Assembly (NCBI GenBank): GCA_902606065.1
Contig: CACLEX010000001.1
Location: forward strand, 262 to 64,261
Direction: 5' to 3'
Source: an uncultured Pelagibacteraceae bacterium
Lineage (GTDB): Bacteria; Pseudomonadota; Alphaproteobacteria; Pelagibacterales; Pelagibacteraceae
DNA length: 64,000 nt
Shown here: piece by piece, positions 20,454 to 32,359 of the stretch
How the letters are laid out: each line of letters opens with the position of its first letter
How positions within the stretch are numbered: the first letter of the stretch is position 1
Notes under the pieces: generated by a model
Told to the model about the DNA's origin: nothing
Seen by the model: only the letters and a program-made list of their open reading frames with translations
The model's database searches: none
Made by a program: the position numbers and the translations under genes

Positions 20454-21038
20454 ATGGTTAAAATCTTAGAAAACAAAAATTTTGTCATATTCTTAGTAAT
20501 ATTATTTACCCTAACCTCATGTGCGAAAGAAGGTTTCTTTAAAACAGGAGATGCTAGGAAAATTTCACCTGATCCTCGCGAAAGAGTAAAGAAAAATTTA
20601 GAGGAAGGCAAAGGTTTTAGAATCAATGATGCCATAGGAGGTGCAAGACGAGGAGCTACAAATTTTGAATTTGCAAGTTCTAATGAATTATGGCGAGCTT
20701 CTTTAGATGTTTTAGATTTTATGCCACTAACTTCAGCAAATTATAGTGGTGGTATAATAATTACTGATTGGTATTCTGAGCAAGGTAATGCTGAGGAGTC
20801 TATAAAAATTACAATCAGATTTTTAAGTAATGAAGTAAGGTCAGATGCAATTGACGTAGATATTTTTTACAAAAAATGTATTGCAACAAATAATTGTAAA
20901 ATTAATAAACAAGACGGACAACTTAAAAAGGAAATCACAAAACAAATACTAGCTAAAGCAGCAATTTATCAAAAACAATCAAAGGATAAAAATTTCAAGC
21001 CATACCGTATGTCTACTTCTGAGAATGAACGTGAATAG
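20454..21038 (+). CDS. DUF3576-like lipoprotein
   Basis: Lipobox LTSC; NELWRASLDVLDFMPL and GGIIITDWY; sits upstream of leuS as in other alphaproteobacteria. Confidence 0.8.
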   Translation: MVKILENKNFVIFLVILFTLTSCAKEGFFKTGDARKISPDPRERVKKNLEEGKGFRINDAIGGARRGATNFEFASSNELWRASLDVLDFMPLTSANYSGGIIITDWYSEQGNAEESIKITIRFLSNEVRSDAIDVDIFYKKCIATNNCKINKQDGQLKKEITKQILAKAAIYQKQSKDKNFKPYRMSTSENERE

Positions 21039-21064
21039 TTCCTTGAAATTAAACATTAATTCTA

Positions 21065-23599
21065 ATGAGCAGGTACAATTTCAAATCAATAGAAGCTAAA
21101 TGGCAAAACTATTGGGAAAAAAATAAAAGTTTTAAAGTAAAAACAGATCCTTCAAAAAAAAAATTCTATTGCCTTGAAATGTTTCCTTACCCATCAGGAA
21201 AAATCCACATGGGTCATGTCAGAAACTATACGATAGGTGATGTTCTAGCTCGTTATAAATCTCTTCAAGGATATAATGTCTTACACCCCATGGGTTGGGA
21301 CTCATTTGGCATGCCAGCTGAAAACGCAGCAAAACAAAATAACCTAGACCCTAAAAAATGGACTGAGTCAAACATAAATAATATGAAAACTCAGCTGAAA
21401 AAACTTGGTTTATCAATTGACTGGGATAGAGAAATATCAACCTGTAACAAAGATTATTATAAACACCAACAAGCTTTTTTCTTAGATCTATTTGAAAAAA
21501 AATTAGTTTACAGAAAGGAAAACTATGTAAATTGGGATCCAGTGGATGAAACTGTTCTTGCAAACGAACAGGTGATCGATGGCAAAGGCTGGCGATCTGG
21601 AGCTATTGTTGAAAGAAAAAAATTAAGCCAATGGTTTTTTAATATATCTAAATTTTCACAAGAATTATTAGATGGACTAGAAAAATTAGATACTTGGCCA
21701 AACAAAGTAAAAACAATGCAAAAAAATTGGATTGGAAAATCCTTTGGATGTGAGGTTGATTTTAAAATTGAAGGTAACTTACCTGTTAAAAATATTAAAT
21801 GTTTCACTACAAGACCTGATACACTTTTTGGATTTTCTTTTTTAGCACTATCAGTGGATCATGAAGTTTCTAGATTTTATAATGATAATGAGGATTTTTT
21901 AAATTTTAAACAAGAGTGCTCCAAAACTGGTACAACCGAAGAAGCCATAGCAGTTGGTGAAAAAATCGGCTTTAAAACCAGTCTTTTTGCTATCAATCCA
22001 CTTAATCCAAAACAAAAAGTTCCAGTTTATTTTGCAAACTTTGTGTTGATGGATTACGGATTTGGCGCTGTTTTTGGTTGTCCTGCACATGATCAAAGAG
22101 ATTACGACTTCGCAAAAAAATATGATCTCGAAATAAAAACTGTGGTTAGACCAGATGATAAAGATGAAAATTTTAAAGTCGTCGATGAAGCATATCCAGG
22201 ACCAGGGGTACTTATTAATTCAGATTATTTAAATGGTCTTAGAGCACCAGAAAATTCAATTCTGGAGACAATTAAAATTTTAGAACAAAAAAAATTAGGA
22301 AAAAAACAAATTAATTTTAGATTAAAAGATTGGGGTGTATCTAGGCAAAGATACTGGGGATGTCCTATTCCAATTGCATATGATGAAAACGGAACAGCTT
22401 ATCCAATTCCTAAATCAATGTTACCAGTAGAACTACCTGAAAATATAGATCTAAATGTAAAGGGAAATCCACTTGATAGTCAAACTAGCTGGAGAAAAAT
22501 AAATATAGATGGAAAAAAACTAATTAAAGAAACTGACACTTTAGATACTTTTGTCTGCTCATCTTGGTACTACCTGAGATTTTGTTCTCCAACAGAAACT
22601 GAATATGGATTTAATAAAGAAGATATTGATTACTGGATGCCTGTAGATCAATATATTGGAGGTGTAGAACATGCAATCTTACATTTACTTTACTCAAGAT
22701 TTTTTATGCAAGCGTTGTCACATGATAATGTAAATTTTAATATATTAGAACCATTCAGTGGTTTGTTTACACAAGGAATGGTTTGCCACGAAACTTACAA
22801 AGATCCTGATAATAATTGGATAAGTCCTGACGAAATTGAAATTATAGATGGCAAAAAGTATTTGAAGAAGGACAAATCAAAATTAATTTCAATTGGACCA
22901 TCAGAATCTATGTCCAAATCAAAAAAAAATACAATTGATCCAGAGAATATCATTGCTCATTATGGTGCTGACTCAGCAAGACTTTTTATATTATCCGATA
23001 GCCCTCCGGAGAAAGACATTCAATGGTCTGAAGAAGGTATCGTTTCATCTTTTAAATTCATTCAAAAACTTTGGAAATTAAATGAAAAAATAGTTGACGA
23101 AATCAATAAAAACCATAATGCAGACTTTGATGATGAGATTGTTAAGTATACCAATAAATATTTAAAAAAAGTTCACGATAATCTTGAAAGTTTTAGTTAT
23201 AATAAAATTATAGCGAATTTGTATGAAATGCATTCATTTTTAAATAAACAAATTGAAAAAAAATACTCAAAACACACTCTCATTAAAAATTATGAAAAAA
23301 TTCTGATTACTATGACACCAATACTTCCTCATTTTGCAAATGAATGCTTAAGTATCATAAAAGCTAAAAATTTTAGATGGCCCGACTATGATGTTGCTAT
23401 GCTAAAAGAAGATAATATCATCATTGTAATACAAATTAATGGAAAAAAAAGAGGCCTTGTTCAGGCCATGCCAAATATTACTGAAGAAAAACTCTTGGAA
23501 TTAATTAAGAATGATGAGAAAATAATAAAATATATTGATCAAAAAAATATAAAAAAAAAAATTTATATTAAAGATAAACTTTTGAACATAATTATCTAA
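21065..23599 (+). CDS. leuS: Leucine--tRNA ligase
   Basis: [44 protein letters not shown]. Confidence 0.98.
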   Translation: MSRYNFKSIEAKWQNYWEKNKSFKVKTDPSKKKFYCLEMFPYPSGKIHMGHVRNYTIGDVLARYKSLQGYNVLHPMGWDSFGMPAENAAKQNNLDPKKWTESNINNMKTQLKKLGLSIDWDREISTCNKDYYKHQQAFFLDLFEKKLVYRKENYVNWDPVDETVLANEQVIDGKGWRSGAIVERKKLSQWFFNISKFSQELLDGLEKLDTWPNKVKTMQKNWIGKSFGCEVDFKIEGNLPVKNIKCFTTRPDTLFGFSFLALSVDHEVSRFYNDNEDFLNFKQECSKTGTTEEAIAVGEKIGFKTSLFAINPLNPKQKVPVYFANFVLMDYGFGAVFGCPAHDQRDYDFAKKYDLEIKTVVRPDDKDENFKVVDEAYPGPGVLINSDYLNGLRAPENSILETIKILEQKKLGKKQINFRLKDWGVSRQRYWGCPIPIAYDENGTAYPIPKSMLPVELPENIDLNVKGNPLDSQTSWRKINIDGKKLIKETDTLDTFVCSSWYYLRFCSPTETEYGFNKEDIDYWMPVDQYIGGVEHAILHLLYSRFFMQALSHDNVNFNILEPFSGLFTQGMVCHETYKDPDNNWISPDEIEIIDGKKYLKKDKSKLISIGPSESMSKSKKNTIDPENIIAHYGADSARLFILSDSPPEKDIQWSEEGIVSSFKFIQKLWKLNEKIVDEINKNHNADFDDEIVKYTNKYLKKVHDNLESFSYNKIIANLYEMHSFLNKQIEKKYSKHTLIKNYEKILITMTPILPHFANECLSIIKAKNFRWPDYDVAMLKEDNIIIVIQINGKKRGLVQAMPNITEEKLLELIKNDEKIIKYIDQKNIKKKIYIKDKLLNIII

Positions 23600-24054
23600 T
23601 GCTGAAAAAAATTTTTTTTATAATTTTGTCTTTAAATTTGCTTAGTAATTGCGATTATAAGCCAGTCTATTCAAATCAAAATAAAGTAGATTATAAAATT
23701 GTAATAACGAGTTTTTCCGGCGATAAAGATATAAATAATTTAATAGCTACAAATATAAAAAGAAATAGCAAAGAAGGTTCTGACCAAATTGTAGAGATTG
23801 TTTTTAATACAGAATATACAAAAAATGTTCTGGCAAAAAATAGTGCTGGATCAATAACCGATTATCAAATTGATGTGGTAACAAAATTTATAATTAAAAA
23901 AGAAAATAATTCTGAAAATTTTTCAGTAAATGAAAATTTTAATTTTCAAAAAATGGCTGATAAGTATGAAGAAAAAAATTACGAACGAAATATTAAAAAA
24001 AATCTTGCAAATTCTATATCACAAAAGCTAATTCTTAGATTGGCTGTGAATTAA
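23599..24054 (+). CDS. lptE: LPS-assembly lipoprotein LptE-like
   Basis: Lipobox LSNC followed by DYKPVY; conserved leuS-lptE-holA order. Confidence 0.75.
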   Translation: MLKKIFFIILSLNLLSNCDYKPVYSNQNKVDYKIVITSFSGDKDINNLIATNIKRNSKEGSDQIVEIVFNTEYTKNVLAKNSAGSITDYQIDVVTKFIIKKENNSENFSVNENFNFQKMADKYEEKNYERNIKKNLANSISQKLILRLAVN

Positions 24055-25046
24055 TGATTTATAAAACATTTGAACTTAAAAAAATCCCAGATAATGCAAT
24101 TCTCTACCTATTATATGGAAAAAATGAGGGTTTAAAAACTGATTGTGTTAATCAAATTTTAGAAAAAAATGATGGGAAAGTTTTTAATTATGAAGAAAGA
24201 CAGATTAAAGATGAAATTGAGTCTTTTTATGAAAATGTATTATCTGGTTCATTATTTGAGAGTAATAAAGTAATAATAATAAATAGAGCATCTGATAAAA
24301 TTTTTGAAACAATTCAAGATTTGATTGATAGAAATTTAAATAATATTAAAATTATTATAAATGCAGGTATTTTAGAAACACGATCAAAACTAAGGTCTCT
24401 ATTTGAAAAAAATAAGGATTTAGTTTGTATACCAACATATCCGGATAATAATGATGTACTATCAAAATTAACAACTCTTTTTTTTAATAAAGTAAATATC
24501 CCTATTTCACAACAAAACATAAATATAATTGTAGATAAATGCAATGGAGATAGAAATAATTTATATAATGAACTTAATAAAATAAAGAATTATACGTTAA
24601 ACAAAAAAAAAATATCAGCTCAAGAAATTTTAAGATTAATTAATTTAACTGAAAACTTTGAAGTATCAGAACTAATCGACAATTGTTTAGCAAAAAATAA
24701 CAATAAAATAATGAATATTCTTAGTGAAAATAATTATAGTCCTGAAGATTGTATAATAATATTAAGAACTTTTTTATCTAAAACAAAAAGGATGCTTAAA
24801 CTTGCAATAGAACTAGAAAAAAACAAAGACATAAATAAAACTATTAACTCAGCTAAACCACCTATTTTTTGGAAAGACAAAGAAATTGTAAAAGTTCAAC
24901 TAAACAAATGGAAAACTAAAAAAATCAAAGAACTAATTAAAAATATTAACAACGTTGAGTTAGAAATAAAGAAAAATTATAATAATTCAATTCTTATAGT
25001 TACAAACTTTATTTTGGAAAAAAGTCGTTCAGAAACTAGTAATTAG
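24054..25046 (+). CDS. holA: DNA polymerase III delta subunit
   Basis: YLLYGKNEGL, SKLRSLFE, NELNKI, PPIFWK; gene order. Confidence 0.9.
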   Translation: MIYKTFELKKIPDNAILYLLYGKNEGLKTDCVNQILEKNDGKVFNYEERQIKDEIESFYENVLSGSLFESNKVIIINRASDKIFETIQDLIDRNLNNIKIIINAGILETRSKLRSLFEKNKDLVCIPTYPDNNDVLSKLTTLFFNKVNIPISQQNINIIVDKCNGDRNNLYNELNKIKNYTLNKKKISAQEILRLINLTENFEVSELIDNCLAKNNNKIMNILSENNYSPEDCIIILRTFLSKTKRMLKLAIELEKNKDINKTINSAKPPIFWKDKEIVKVQLNKWKTKKIKELIKNINNVELEIKKNYNNSILIVTNFILEKSRSETSN

Positions 25047-25875
25047 ATTTAATAATATCAATTATTTTGTTTAGTTGATCAATATCATGATAAACAAAGG
25101 TAATCGTTCCTTTATTTTTTTGATTATTCTTAATTGAAACATTTAAGCCAATCTTGTCAGAAATTGATCTTTCAAGATTTTGAATATTTGGATCGTTAAA
25201 TTTTACGTTAAAACCCTTTTTCTTTTTAAAAATTTTAACAAAATTTTCTGATTGACGAACTGATAGTTTTTTTTCAATAATTTTTTGTGCAACAAAACTT
25301 GCATTCTCAAGCCCAACCAATATTTTTGCATGACCAGCCGAAATTTTTTTTGTTTCTATTAAATCTAATACATCGCCAGGTAGAGTTAAAATTCTTAAAC
25401 AATTTGTTATATAACTTCTACTTTTTCCAATAAATTTTGAGACTTTTTCTTGATCATAGGAAAAATCATTTATTAATCTTTGATAACCTTGAGCTTCCTC
25501 CAGGGGATTAAGATCATTCCTTTGAACATTTTCAACAATTGCAAACTCTAAAGATTTTAAATCATCTGCTTCTGTAACGACAACTGGTACCTCATGAAGA
25601 CCAGCTTTTTGAGCTGCAATCCATCTTCTTTCCCCTGCAATAATTTCATACTTTGTGTTTTCGTCAGATTTTCGCACAATTATTGGCTGAATAATTCCTC
25701 TTTCTTTTATTGATTTTTCTAAATCTTTCAAACTATCTTCATCAAAAATTTTTCTTGGTTGAAATTTATTCGGATAAAGCTCACTAACAGATAATTTATT
25801 GGTTGTTTGCTCTACCTTAGTTTCACCAATTAATGATGATAATCCTCTACCCAATCCCTTTTTGATTTTATTCAC
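25036..25875 (-). CDS. parB: Chromosome partitioning protein ParB
   Basis: KGLGRGLSSL, QPRKIF, YEIIAGERRW, ENVQRNDLNPLEEA, HTH. Confidence 0.97.
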   Translation of the reverse strand: MNKIKKGLGRGLSSLIGETKVEQTTNKLSVSELYPNKFQPRKIFDEDSLKDLEKSIKERGIIQPIIVRKSDENTKYEIIAGERRWIAAQKAGLHEVPVVVTEADDLKSLEFAIVENVQRNDLNPLEEAQGYQRLINDFSYDQEKVSKFIGKSRSYITNCLRILTLPGDVLDLIETKKISAGHAKILVGLENASFVAQKIIEKKLSVRQSENFVKIFKKKKGFNVKFNDPNIQNLERSISDKIGLNVSIKNNQKNKGTITFVYHDIDQLNKIIDIIKSNY

Positions 25876-26672
25876 TAAGCTGCACTCCCTATTTGATTTT
25901 CTTGGTTTATAAATTCATCCGTGAAACTATAATATGATCTACTCCCAGGACAATTTTTATCATAAATTAAAACTGGCACTCCATGTGAAGGCGCTTCAGA
26001 TAATCTTACATTACGCGGAATCACTGTTTGATATACCTTTTCCTTAAAATAATTTCTTGCTTCTTGCTCAACCTGAGAAGATAATTTATTTCTCCTATCA
26101 TACATCGTCAAAAGTATTCCTTGAATTTCTAAACCAGGGTTTAAATTGATTTTTATTCGATCTATCGTTTTCATGAGTTGGGTCAAACCTTCTAACGCAA
26201 AAAATTCTGTCTGAAGGGGGACTAAGAGAGAGTTTGAGCATACCAGTGCCATCACTGTCAATAAACTTAGAGATGGTGGACAATCAATAAGTATATAATC
26301 GTATATTACTCCAGAATCATTTAAATAAGAGGCTAATTTTAACTTTAGAATAAATGCCCTATCACTATCCCCGGCTGTTTCGACCTCCAGCCCAGACAAA
26401 TCGACATTTGAAGTTATCAAATCAAGATTATCAAATTTTGTTTTTTTAATTACCTCTGAGATAGACTTAGTTCCATTTAAAATGCCATAAATAGTTTCGT
26501 CTGATTTTTCTGAATTAGATAAACCAAGACCAGTTGTTGCATTCCCTTGTGGATCTAAGTCAATAACTAAAATTTTTTTTTCTTGTTGTGCCAGTGCAGA
26601 GGCAAGGTTAATTACTGTGGTTGTTTTTCCAACCCCGCCCTTCTGATTTATAATTGAAATAATTTTCATCAA
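25875..26672 (-). CDS. parA: Chromosome partitioning ATPase ParA/Soj
   Basis: NQKGGVGKTTT, IDLDPQGNAT, IDCPPSL, RNVRLSEAPSHG. Confidence 0.97.
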   Translation of the reverse strand: MMKIISIINQKGGVGKTTTVINLASALAQQEKKILVIDLDPQGNATTGLGLSNSEKSDETIYGILNGTKSISEVIKKTKFDNLDLITSNVDLSGLEVETAGDSDRAFILKLKLASYLNDSGVIYDYILIDCPPSLSLLTVMALVCSNSLLVPLQTEFFALEGLTQLMKTIDRIKINLNPGLEIQGILLTMYDRRNKLSSQVEQEARNYFKEKVYQTVIPRNVRLSEAPSHGVPVLIYDKNCPGSRSYYSFTDEFINQENQIGSAA

Positions 26673-27313
26673 ATTTTTTTTTCGATATTTTTTATATTTA
26701 ACAAAAATGAATCTTTGTTTGTTAAACTTTTTTTTTCCTCATAGTCTAAATCCCAAATTTTAAGAGTTTCATTTAAAATTTGTCTCCCACTTTTGCCCAT
26801 GAATAAAATAATATTTTTATATTTACGAAAATTTTTTTGAACTAAATCAAGAATTATTGGCATTGGTTTAAAAGCTCTGGACATAATCGTTCCAGTTTCA
26901 ATATCCCTAAGTTTAAAGATATCTTTTTGTATTATTTCTGTGTTTAATTCCAATTTTTCAGAGACATCTTTTAAAAAAACACATTTATGATGACTTTTTT
27001 CATAAAGTTTTATTTTCATGCTGTTTTTTAGTTTCTTCATTAAGATTGCTATGATTAGCCCAGGGATACCACCCCCAGAACCTAAATCAGAGGTTGTATT
27101 TGTGTTTAAATCAATAAAATCAATTATTTGCGCTGAATCAACAATATGTCTTTGCCTTATAACCCCTTGATCAGAGTTTTTTCTACTAATTATGTTAATT
27201 TCCTCATTTTTTTTTTGTATCATGCTTATAAAGCTCTCAAGCTCATTACAAGTTTCACGTGAAACTTCAAATTTTGTAATTTTAGAGTAATTTTTAGAAA
27301 TTATCGAATCCAT
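26669..27313 (-). CDS. rsmG: 16S rRNA m7G527 methyltransferase RsmG (GidB)
   Basis: RHIVDSAQ, DLGSGGGIPG, SRAF; between mnmG and parA. Confidence 0.93.
   Translation of the reverse strand: MDSIISKNYSKITKFEVSRETCNELESFISMIQKKNEEINIISRKNSDQGVIRQRHIVDSAQIIDFIDLNTNTTSDLGSGGGIPGLIIAILMKKLKNSMKIKLYEKSHHKCVFLKDVSEKLELNTEIIQKDIFKLRDIETGTIMSRAFKPMPIILDLVQKNFRKYKNIILFMGKSGRQILNETLKIWDLDYEEKKSLTNKDSFLLNIKNIEKKI
27250..27267. promoter_or_regulatory. parS: parS centromere-like site inside rsmG
   Basis: Perfect 18-bp palindrome AAGTTTCACGTGAAACTT; the core GTTTCACGTGAAAC equals the parS consensus; about 0.6 kb from parA. Confidence 0.88.
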
Positions 27314-29184
27314 TAAGCTATATGCTTAATAGACTTTCTTTTTACGTGTGACAACAAAATATATACGGCTGCTGGAGTAATTCCATCTATTCGTAAAGCT
27401 TGTCCCATAGTTTTTGGTCTTATTTCCTTAAATTTGGACTTTACCTCATTCGATAAACCAGAAAATTTATCATAATCAATATTATCAGGGATAATAAGAT
27501 TCTCATCTCTTTTAAAAGCTAGGATATCTGCATTTTGCTTCTTTAAATAACCTCTATAGTGAGAATTAATTTCTATCTGTTCATCTATTTCAGGACCAAA
27601 ATTCTTAATTTCAGGCCAAATTCTACGTATTTTAGTCATACTAGCATCCTTTTGAGCTAAAATTTCTTCTGCTGACCTTAAAATACCATCTTTCGCAATT
27701 TTTATGCCATGTTTTTGAGCTTTTGTTGGAGATATACTCAAACTAGACATTTGAAGTGAAATTTCACTCATTTTCGAGAATTTATCCTCAAATTTAAATT
27801 TTCTTTCATCAGAGATTAAACCGATTTTAATCCCTTTGTTAGTAAGTCTCAAATCAGCGTTATCTGCTCTAAGGCTTAACCTATACTCAGCTCTTGATGT
27901 AAACATTCTGTAAGGCTCTGCAACACCCTTTGTGACTAAATCATCTATCATTACTCCAATATAAGCATCTGACCTATCAAGAATGAATGGTTCTTTACCC
28001 ATAAATGATAATGCTGCGTTTACACCCGCAATAAGACCTTGGGCTGCAGCTTCTTCATATCCTGTAGTTCCATTAATTTGACCAGCTAAATATAAGTTTT
28101 TAATTTTTTTGGTTTCTAGTGTTAAAAAAAGTTCTCTAGGATCTATATAGTCATATTCTATAGCATATCCTGGCCTGATCATTTTTACACTTTCTAAACC
28201 ATTGATATTATTGAGTATTTCGGCTTGTACTACCTCAGGTAGTGAAGTTGATATGCCATTTGGGTAAATTGTGTGGTCATCAAGCCCTTCAGGCTCTAAA
28301 AATATTTGATGTCTTGTCTTTTCGGCAAACTTAACTACTTTATCTTCTATTGAAGGACAATATCTAGGACCTATTCCTTGAATGCTGCCAGAATACATCG
28401 CACTCTTAGGTAAATTTTTTTCTATAATCTTATGTACCTTTTCGTTTGTATAAGTCATAGAACACGAAACTTGTTTATTCGAAGTAGATTTCGTTAAAAA
28501 AGAGAAGAAGTAAGGATTTTCATCAGCTGCTTGTTTTTCTAAATTTTTGAAATTTATTGTCCTTGAATCAAGTCTTGGTGGAGTACCTGTTTTTAATCTT
28601 CCTATTTTAAATTTATATTTTTTTAATTGTTCACTTAAACCAGTGCTAGGTTTCTCATTATATCTACCTGCAGGAGTGCACTCATCACCAATATGAATCA
28701 ATCCATTTAAAAAAGTACCAGTTGTTAAAATTATTTTACTACAGCTAATCTTATTGCCTTTTAATGTTAAAAATCCGTTTATTGTATTATTTGAAAAAAT
28801 AAACTTTACTACTGGATCCGAAAAAATGCTTAAATTACAACAGTTTACAAGTTTTTCTTGCATAAATTTCTTATATAACTTTCTATCAGATTGAGTTCTT
28901 GGACCTCTCACAGCTGGTCCTCTGCTTCTATTTAACAACCTAAATTGTATTCCTGATTTATCTGCTATCTCTCCCATAACGCCATCTAATGCGTCTATTT
29001 CTCTAACTAAATGACCTTTACCCAAACCACCAATTGCAGGATTACACGACATTTCACCAATGGTATTTTTATCGTGAGTGAATAGTGCAGTATTTACACC
29101 TAGACGAGCTGAAGCAGCAGCTGCCTCACAACCAGCATGACCTCCTCCAATTACAACAACATCAAATGAAAATTCATTTTTCAT
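27313..29184 (-). CDS. mnmG: tRNA uridine-5-carboxymethylaminomethyl modification enzyme MnmG (GidA)
   Basis: [47 protein letters not shown]. Confidence 0.99.
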   Translation of the reverse strand: MKNEFSFDVVVIGGGHAGCEAAAASARLGVNTALFTHDKNTIGEMSCNPAIGGLGKGHLVREIDALDGVMGEIADKSGIQFRLLNRSRGPAVRGPRTQSDRKLYKKFMQEKLVNCCNLSIFSDPVVKFIFSNNTINGFLTLKGNKISCSKIILTTGTFLNGLIHIGDECTPAGRYNEKPSTGLSEQLKKYKFKIGRLKTGTPPRLDSRTINFKNLEKQAADENPYFFSFLTKSTSNKQVSCSMTYTNEKVHKIIEKNLPKSAMYSGSIQGIGPRYCPSIEDKVVKFAEKTRHQIFLEPEGLDDHTIYPNGISTSLPEVVQAEILNNINGLESVKMIRPGYAIEYDYIDPRELFLTLETKKIKNLYLAGQINGTTGYEEAAAQGLIAGVNAALSFMGKEPFILDRSDAYIGVMIDDLVTKGVAEPYRMFTSRAEYRLSLRADNADLRLTNKGIKIGLISDERKFKFEDKFSKMSEISLQMSSLSISPTKAQKHGIKIAKDGILRSAEEILAQKDASMTKIRRIWPEIKNFGPEIDEQIEINSHYRGYLKKQNADILAFKRDENLIIPDNIDYDKFSGLSNEVKSKFKEIRPKTMGQALRIDGITPAAVYILLSHVKRKSIKHIA

Positions 29185-29223
29185 AGTGTGAATTTATATT
29201 TGAAAAAAAATTTTACAAGGCTC

Positions 29224-30555
29224 TTATTTTCCAATACAAAAATCGTTGAAAATACTACCTAATACTTCCTCTACGTCGACCTTTCCAACAATCATACCTA
29301 AATGTCTAGTAGCTAACCTCAAATCTTCAGCAGCTTTATCAAAATCTTTTTTATCATTTTTTTGCAAAAAATTTCTCAAATTATCTGAACACTGAACTAA
29401 GTGTTGTCTGTGTCTTTCTCTAGTAATTAATATATCTTCATTTATAATCAATTTTGTTTTTAATCTGTCTTTGATTTTTAAAATTAATTTATCTAAATTT
29501 AGATTCTCCTTTAATGAAATTAAAACATGATCTAACTTTGTTACCTCTGTATCTAATTCAGACTGAATAAGATCTGACTTATTTACAACTAAAATCGCAT
29601 TATCTTTTAATAAATCATTCAAAAAACCCTTTAAATCAATGCTTTTTGCATCTACTACCACTAATTTCAAATCAGCATTTTCTGCCCTATCTAAAGATAA
29701 TTTAATGCCTTTTTTCTCTATTTCATCTTTAGAATTTCTAATACCTGCTGTATCTGAAATAATAACTGGATAGCCATCAATATTTAAGTGTGTTTCAATT
29801 ACATCCCTTGTTGTTCCTGCAATTTCGGAAACTATCGCTACGTCTCTATTCGATAAATTATTTAATAGTGAAGATTTACCAGCATTTGTTGGACCAACAA
29901 TGGCAATTTTAAAGCCTTCACGTATTATTTCACCTATCTTTTGATCATCTAAAATCTTTTTGATTTGATTTAAAACTTCAGTTGAGTCTTTTTTAATTTG
30001 TTGAATATTTTCATCAGGCAAATCCTCTTCTGGAAAATCTATTTTTGCTTCAACATAGGATAAAATCTTTAATAACTTGTCTCTCAAGTTATTAAATTTT
30101 TCAGCTGATTTTCCTTTCATAGTTTTCACAGCCTGCAATCTTTGTATTTCAGTTTCTGCTGAAATTAGATCAGCTATGCTTTCAGCTTTAAGCAAATTAA
30201 TTTTACCATTTTGAAAAGCAATCTTTGTAAATTCCCCTGGTTCAGCTAATCTGAAATTTTCTATATTAGACAATTCATTTTGTAGTGCTAAAATAATTGC
30301 CTTCCCACCATGTACTTGAATTTCAACCATATCTTCACCAGTGTAGCTCTCTGGGCCAGGAAACCAAATAATTATACCCTCATCAATTAGTTCAGAATTA
30401 TTGATATTTTTTATTTTTCTTAGAGATGCAACTCTAGGCGAGGGGAGAGGTTTTCCAGTAAGCAGAGTAATTGCTTTAGAGGCTTCTGAGCCTGAAATCC
30501 GGACAATAGCAACTCCAGATATACCTGCTCCTGATGAAAGTGCGTAGATTGTCAT
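29224..30555 (-). CDS. mnmE: tRNA modification GTPase MnmE (TrmE)
   Basis: GPTNAGKSS, AGTTRD, DTAG, NKSD, C-terminal FCIGK. Confidence 0.98.
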   Translation of the reverse strand: MTIYALSSGAGISGVAIVRISGSEASKAITLLTGKPLPSPRVASLRKIKNINNSELIDEGIIIWFPGPESYTGEDMVEIQVHGGKAIILALQNELSNIENFRLAEPGEFTKIAFQNGKINLLKAESIADLISAETEIQRLQAVKTMKGKSAEKFNNLRDKLLKILSYVEAKIDFPEEDLPDENIQQIKKDSTEVLNQIKKILDDQKIGEIIREGFKIAIVGPTNAGKSSLLNNLSNRDVAIVSEIAGTTRDVIETHLNIDGYPVIISDTAGIRNSKDEIEKKGIKLSLDRAENADLKLVVVDAKSIDLKGFLNDLLKDNAILVVNKSDLIQSELDTEVTKLDHVLISLKENLNLDKLILKIKDRLKTKLIINEDILITRERHRQHLVQCSDNLRNFLQKNDKKDFDKAAEDLRLATRHLGMIVGKVDVEEVLGSIFNDFCIGK

Positions 30556-30600
30556 ATCTAAATTATAATAACTAAATTTAGATATTAAAATTAAATATGT

Positions 30601-32283
30601 CTATTGAACAATTTTCCTTAATGACTCAAAAAAACTCTTTGAAAAATCTTCTGTATTAAATAATGGACTTTTCATTGCATTAGAAAATAAGGATTTTCTA
30701 ATTTTAAGATAATCATCAATATTATTTGTTAAATTAACAACCTTTTCAATATAATCATCCTCATCTTTGGCAATCAATTGTTCCATATTAAGATTTTTAT
30801 TTATTGACTCCCCACATCTGGAATTAAAATTATATCCTGCCATTGTAAGAACCGGTACTCCCATCCAGATGGCCTCAAATGATGTGGTTACACCATTGTA
30901 AGGAAATGTATCAAGGGCGATATCAATTTGTCTATAATTATCTAAATGATCTTTAAATTTTTCTGCTCTATCAATAAATTTTATTGACTCTAATACATTG
31001 TCTTTTTCGAATAATTCTTGAATTCTTTTTATTGCAAGTTTTTTTGAAGATGTTTTTAAAATTAATTTAGAGTTCTCTATTTTTTTTAGGATTTTTGACC
31101 AGATAAAAATAACATCTGTGTTTATTTTGTCGAAATTATTAAAAGAACCAAAAGTGAAATATTTATTCTTAGTAAATGGAGGAGGATTTTCTCTTCTTTC
31201 AAAATCAAAACCACAATGAGTATTCCAAATTTTGGGTAAATAGATTACTTTTTCACTGTAAAATTTTTCCTCATTTGAGTAAATTAAATTTTTATCAGAG
31301 ATAATGTAATCCATATTCTTTAATCCAGTAGTGTTACAATAGCCCATCCATATTACCTGCTTTTTTGCAATTCTATTTTTAAATAACTCCAAGCGTTGGT
31401 ATGATGTGTACCCCATCAAATCAATTATAATATCTAATTTTAATTCTCTTGTTTGATTTATAGCATCAACATTATTCAGTTTGGAAATATTTATTGTTTC
31501 GTCTACTAAACCTTTGAAATGTTCTGTAAGTTGATCTTCTTTAGGACTGTTAAGAAGTAAAACAATTTCAAAAAATTTTTTATCATAATTTGAAAGAATA
31601 GTTTTTAAAAAGTATGTTACCGAATGACCCTCGATAATATCAGCAGATAAAAATCCTATCCTAATTTTTTGACCAGGTTTTTGTGAAATTTCTACTAATA
31701 AATTCTCTGGAATTACTTTTAAATTTTCGTCTACAAACTTTCCATAATTATAAAAATCTAATTGAGCCCATTCTTTATCAAAACACCTCCAATAACCATA
31801 ATTACATAGATCAACAGAATTAAATTTTTTTGTATCTATTACTCTGCTAAAATGAAAAACACATTTTTTTGCATCATTTAATCTTCTATAGACCATGGCC
31901 ATTGCCAGGTTTATTGGTCTATGATTTAGACAATATTTTTCAGATAACTGATAAAAATCAAAAATCTCAGTGAAATCGAAGTCGTAATTTTTTTCTAAAT
32001 CTATTAAAAAGACGTTATGAGTGATGAAATTAGAAAGAGCATCGATCGCGTGAATTGTATTTTTTTCTTTTAAATATCCATATTTAAAATCTTTGATAGC
32101 AGAAATCAGAACATCTTTATTTTTGTTATTGTTTGCATTCTTACTCAAGCCCAACAAATTACACAAAAAAGCTGATCGTTCCTCTTCTCTAGTCTCCGAG
32201 GTAATTTCAAATACCACCTGTGAATATTGTCTACTTTTGAATAATTCTGCAGCTTTTATCTCTAATTTTTGGATATTTTTCAT
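30601..32283 (-). CDS. GT41 (SPINDLY/OGT-like) glycosyltransferase, paralog 2
   Basis: RIGFLSAD..GHSV, IDLMGYT, WMGYCNTTG, FGSFNNFDKI, DIALDTFPYNGVTTSFEAIWMGVPVLT. Confidence 0.9.
   Translation of the reverse strand: MKNIQKLEIKAAELFKSRQYSQVVFEITSETREEERSAFLCNLLGLSKNANNNKNKDVLISAIKDFKYGYLKEKNTIHAIDALSNFITHNVFLIDLEKNYDFDFTEIFDFYQLSEKYCLNHRPINLAMAMVYRRLNDAKKCVFHFSRVIDTKKFNSVDLCNYGYWRCFDKEWAQLDFYNYGKFVDENLKVIPENLLVEISQKPGQKIRIGFLSADIIEGHSVTYFLKTILSNYDKKFFEIVLLLNSPKEDQLTEHFKGLVDETINISKLNNVDAINQTRELKLDIIIDLMGYTSYQRLELFKNRIAKKQVIWMGYCNTTGLKNMDYIISDKNLIYSNEEKFYSEKVIYLPKIWNTHCGFDFERRENPPPFTKNKYFTFGSFNNFDKINTDVIFIWSKILKKIENSKLILKTSSKKLAIKRIQELFEKDNVLESIKFIDRAEKFKDHLDNYRQIDIALDTFPYNGVTTSFEAIWMGVPVLTMAGYNFNSRCGESINKNLNMEQLIAKDEDDYIEKVVNLTNNIDDYLKIRKSLFSNAMKSPLFNTEDFSKSFFESLRKIVQ
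30751..30924. repeat. 174-bp exact direct repeat, copy A (copy B at 32510-32683)
   Basis: Base-by-base identity ATAATCATCC...GGCGATATC between the two GT41 genes. Confidence 0.92.
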
Positions 32284-32359
32284 TAGTAAATTTAGACAAA
32301 CATCTTCATCAAATTAATAAGAATATTATATAATCAATTGGATATTTAATTAAAGTTTA

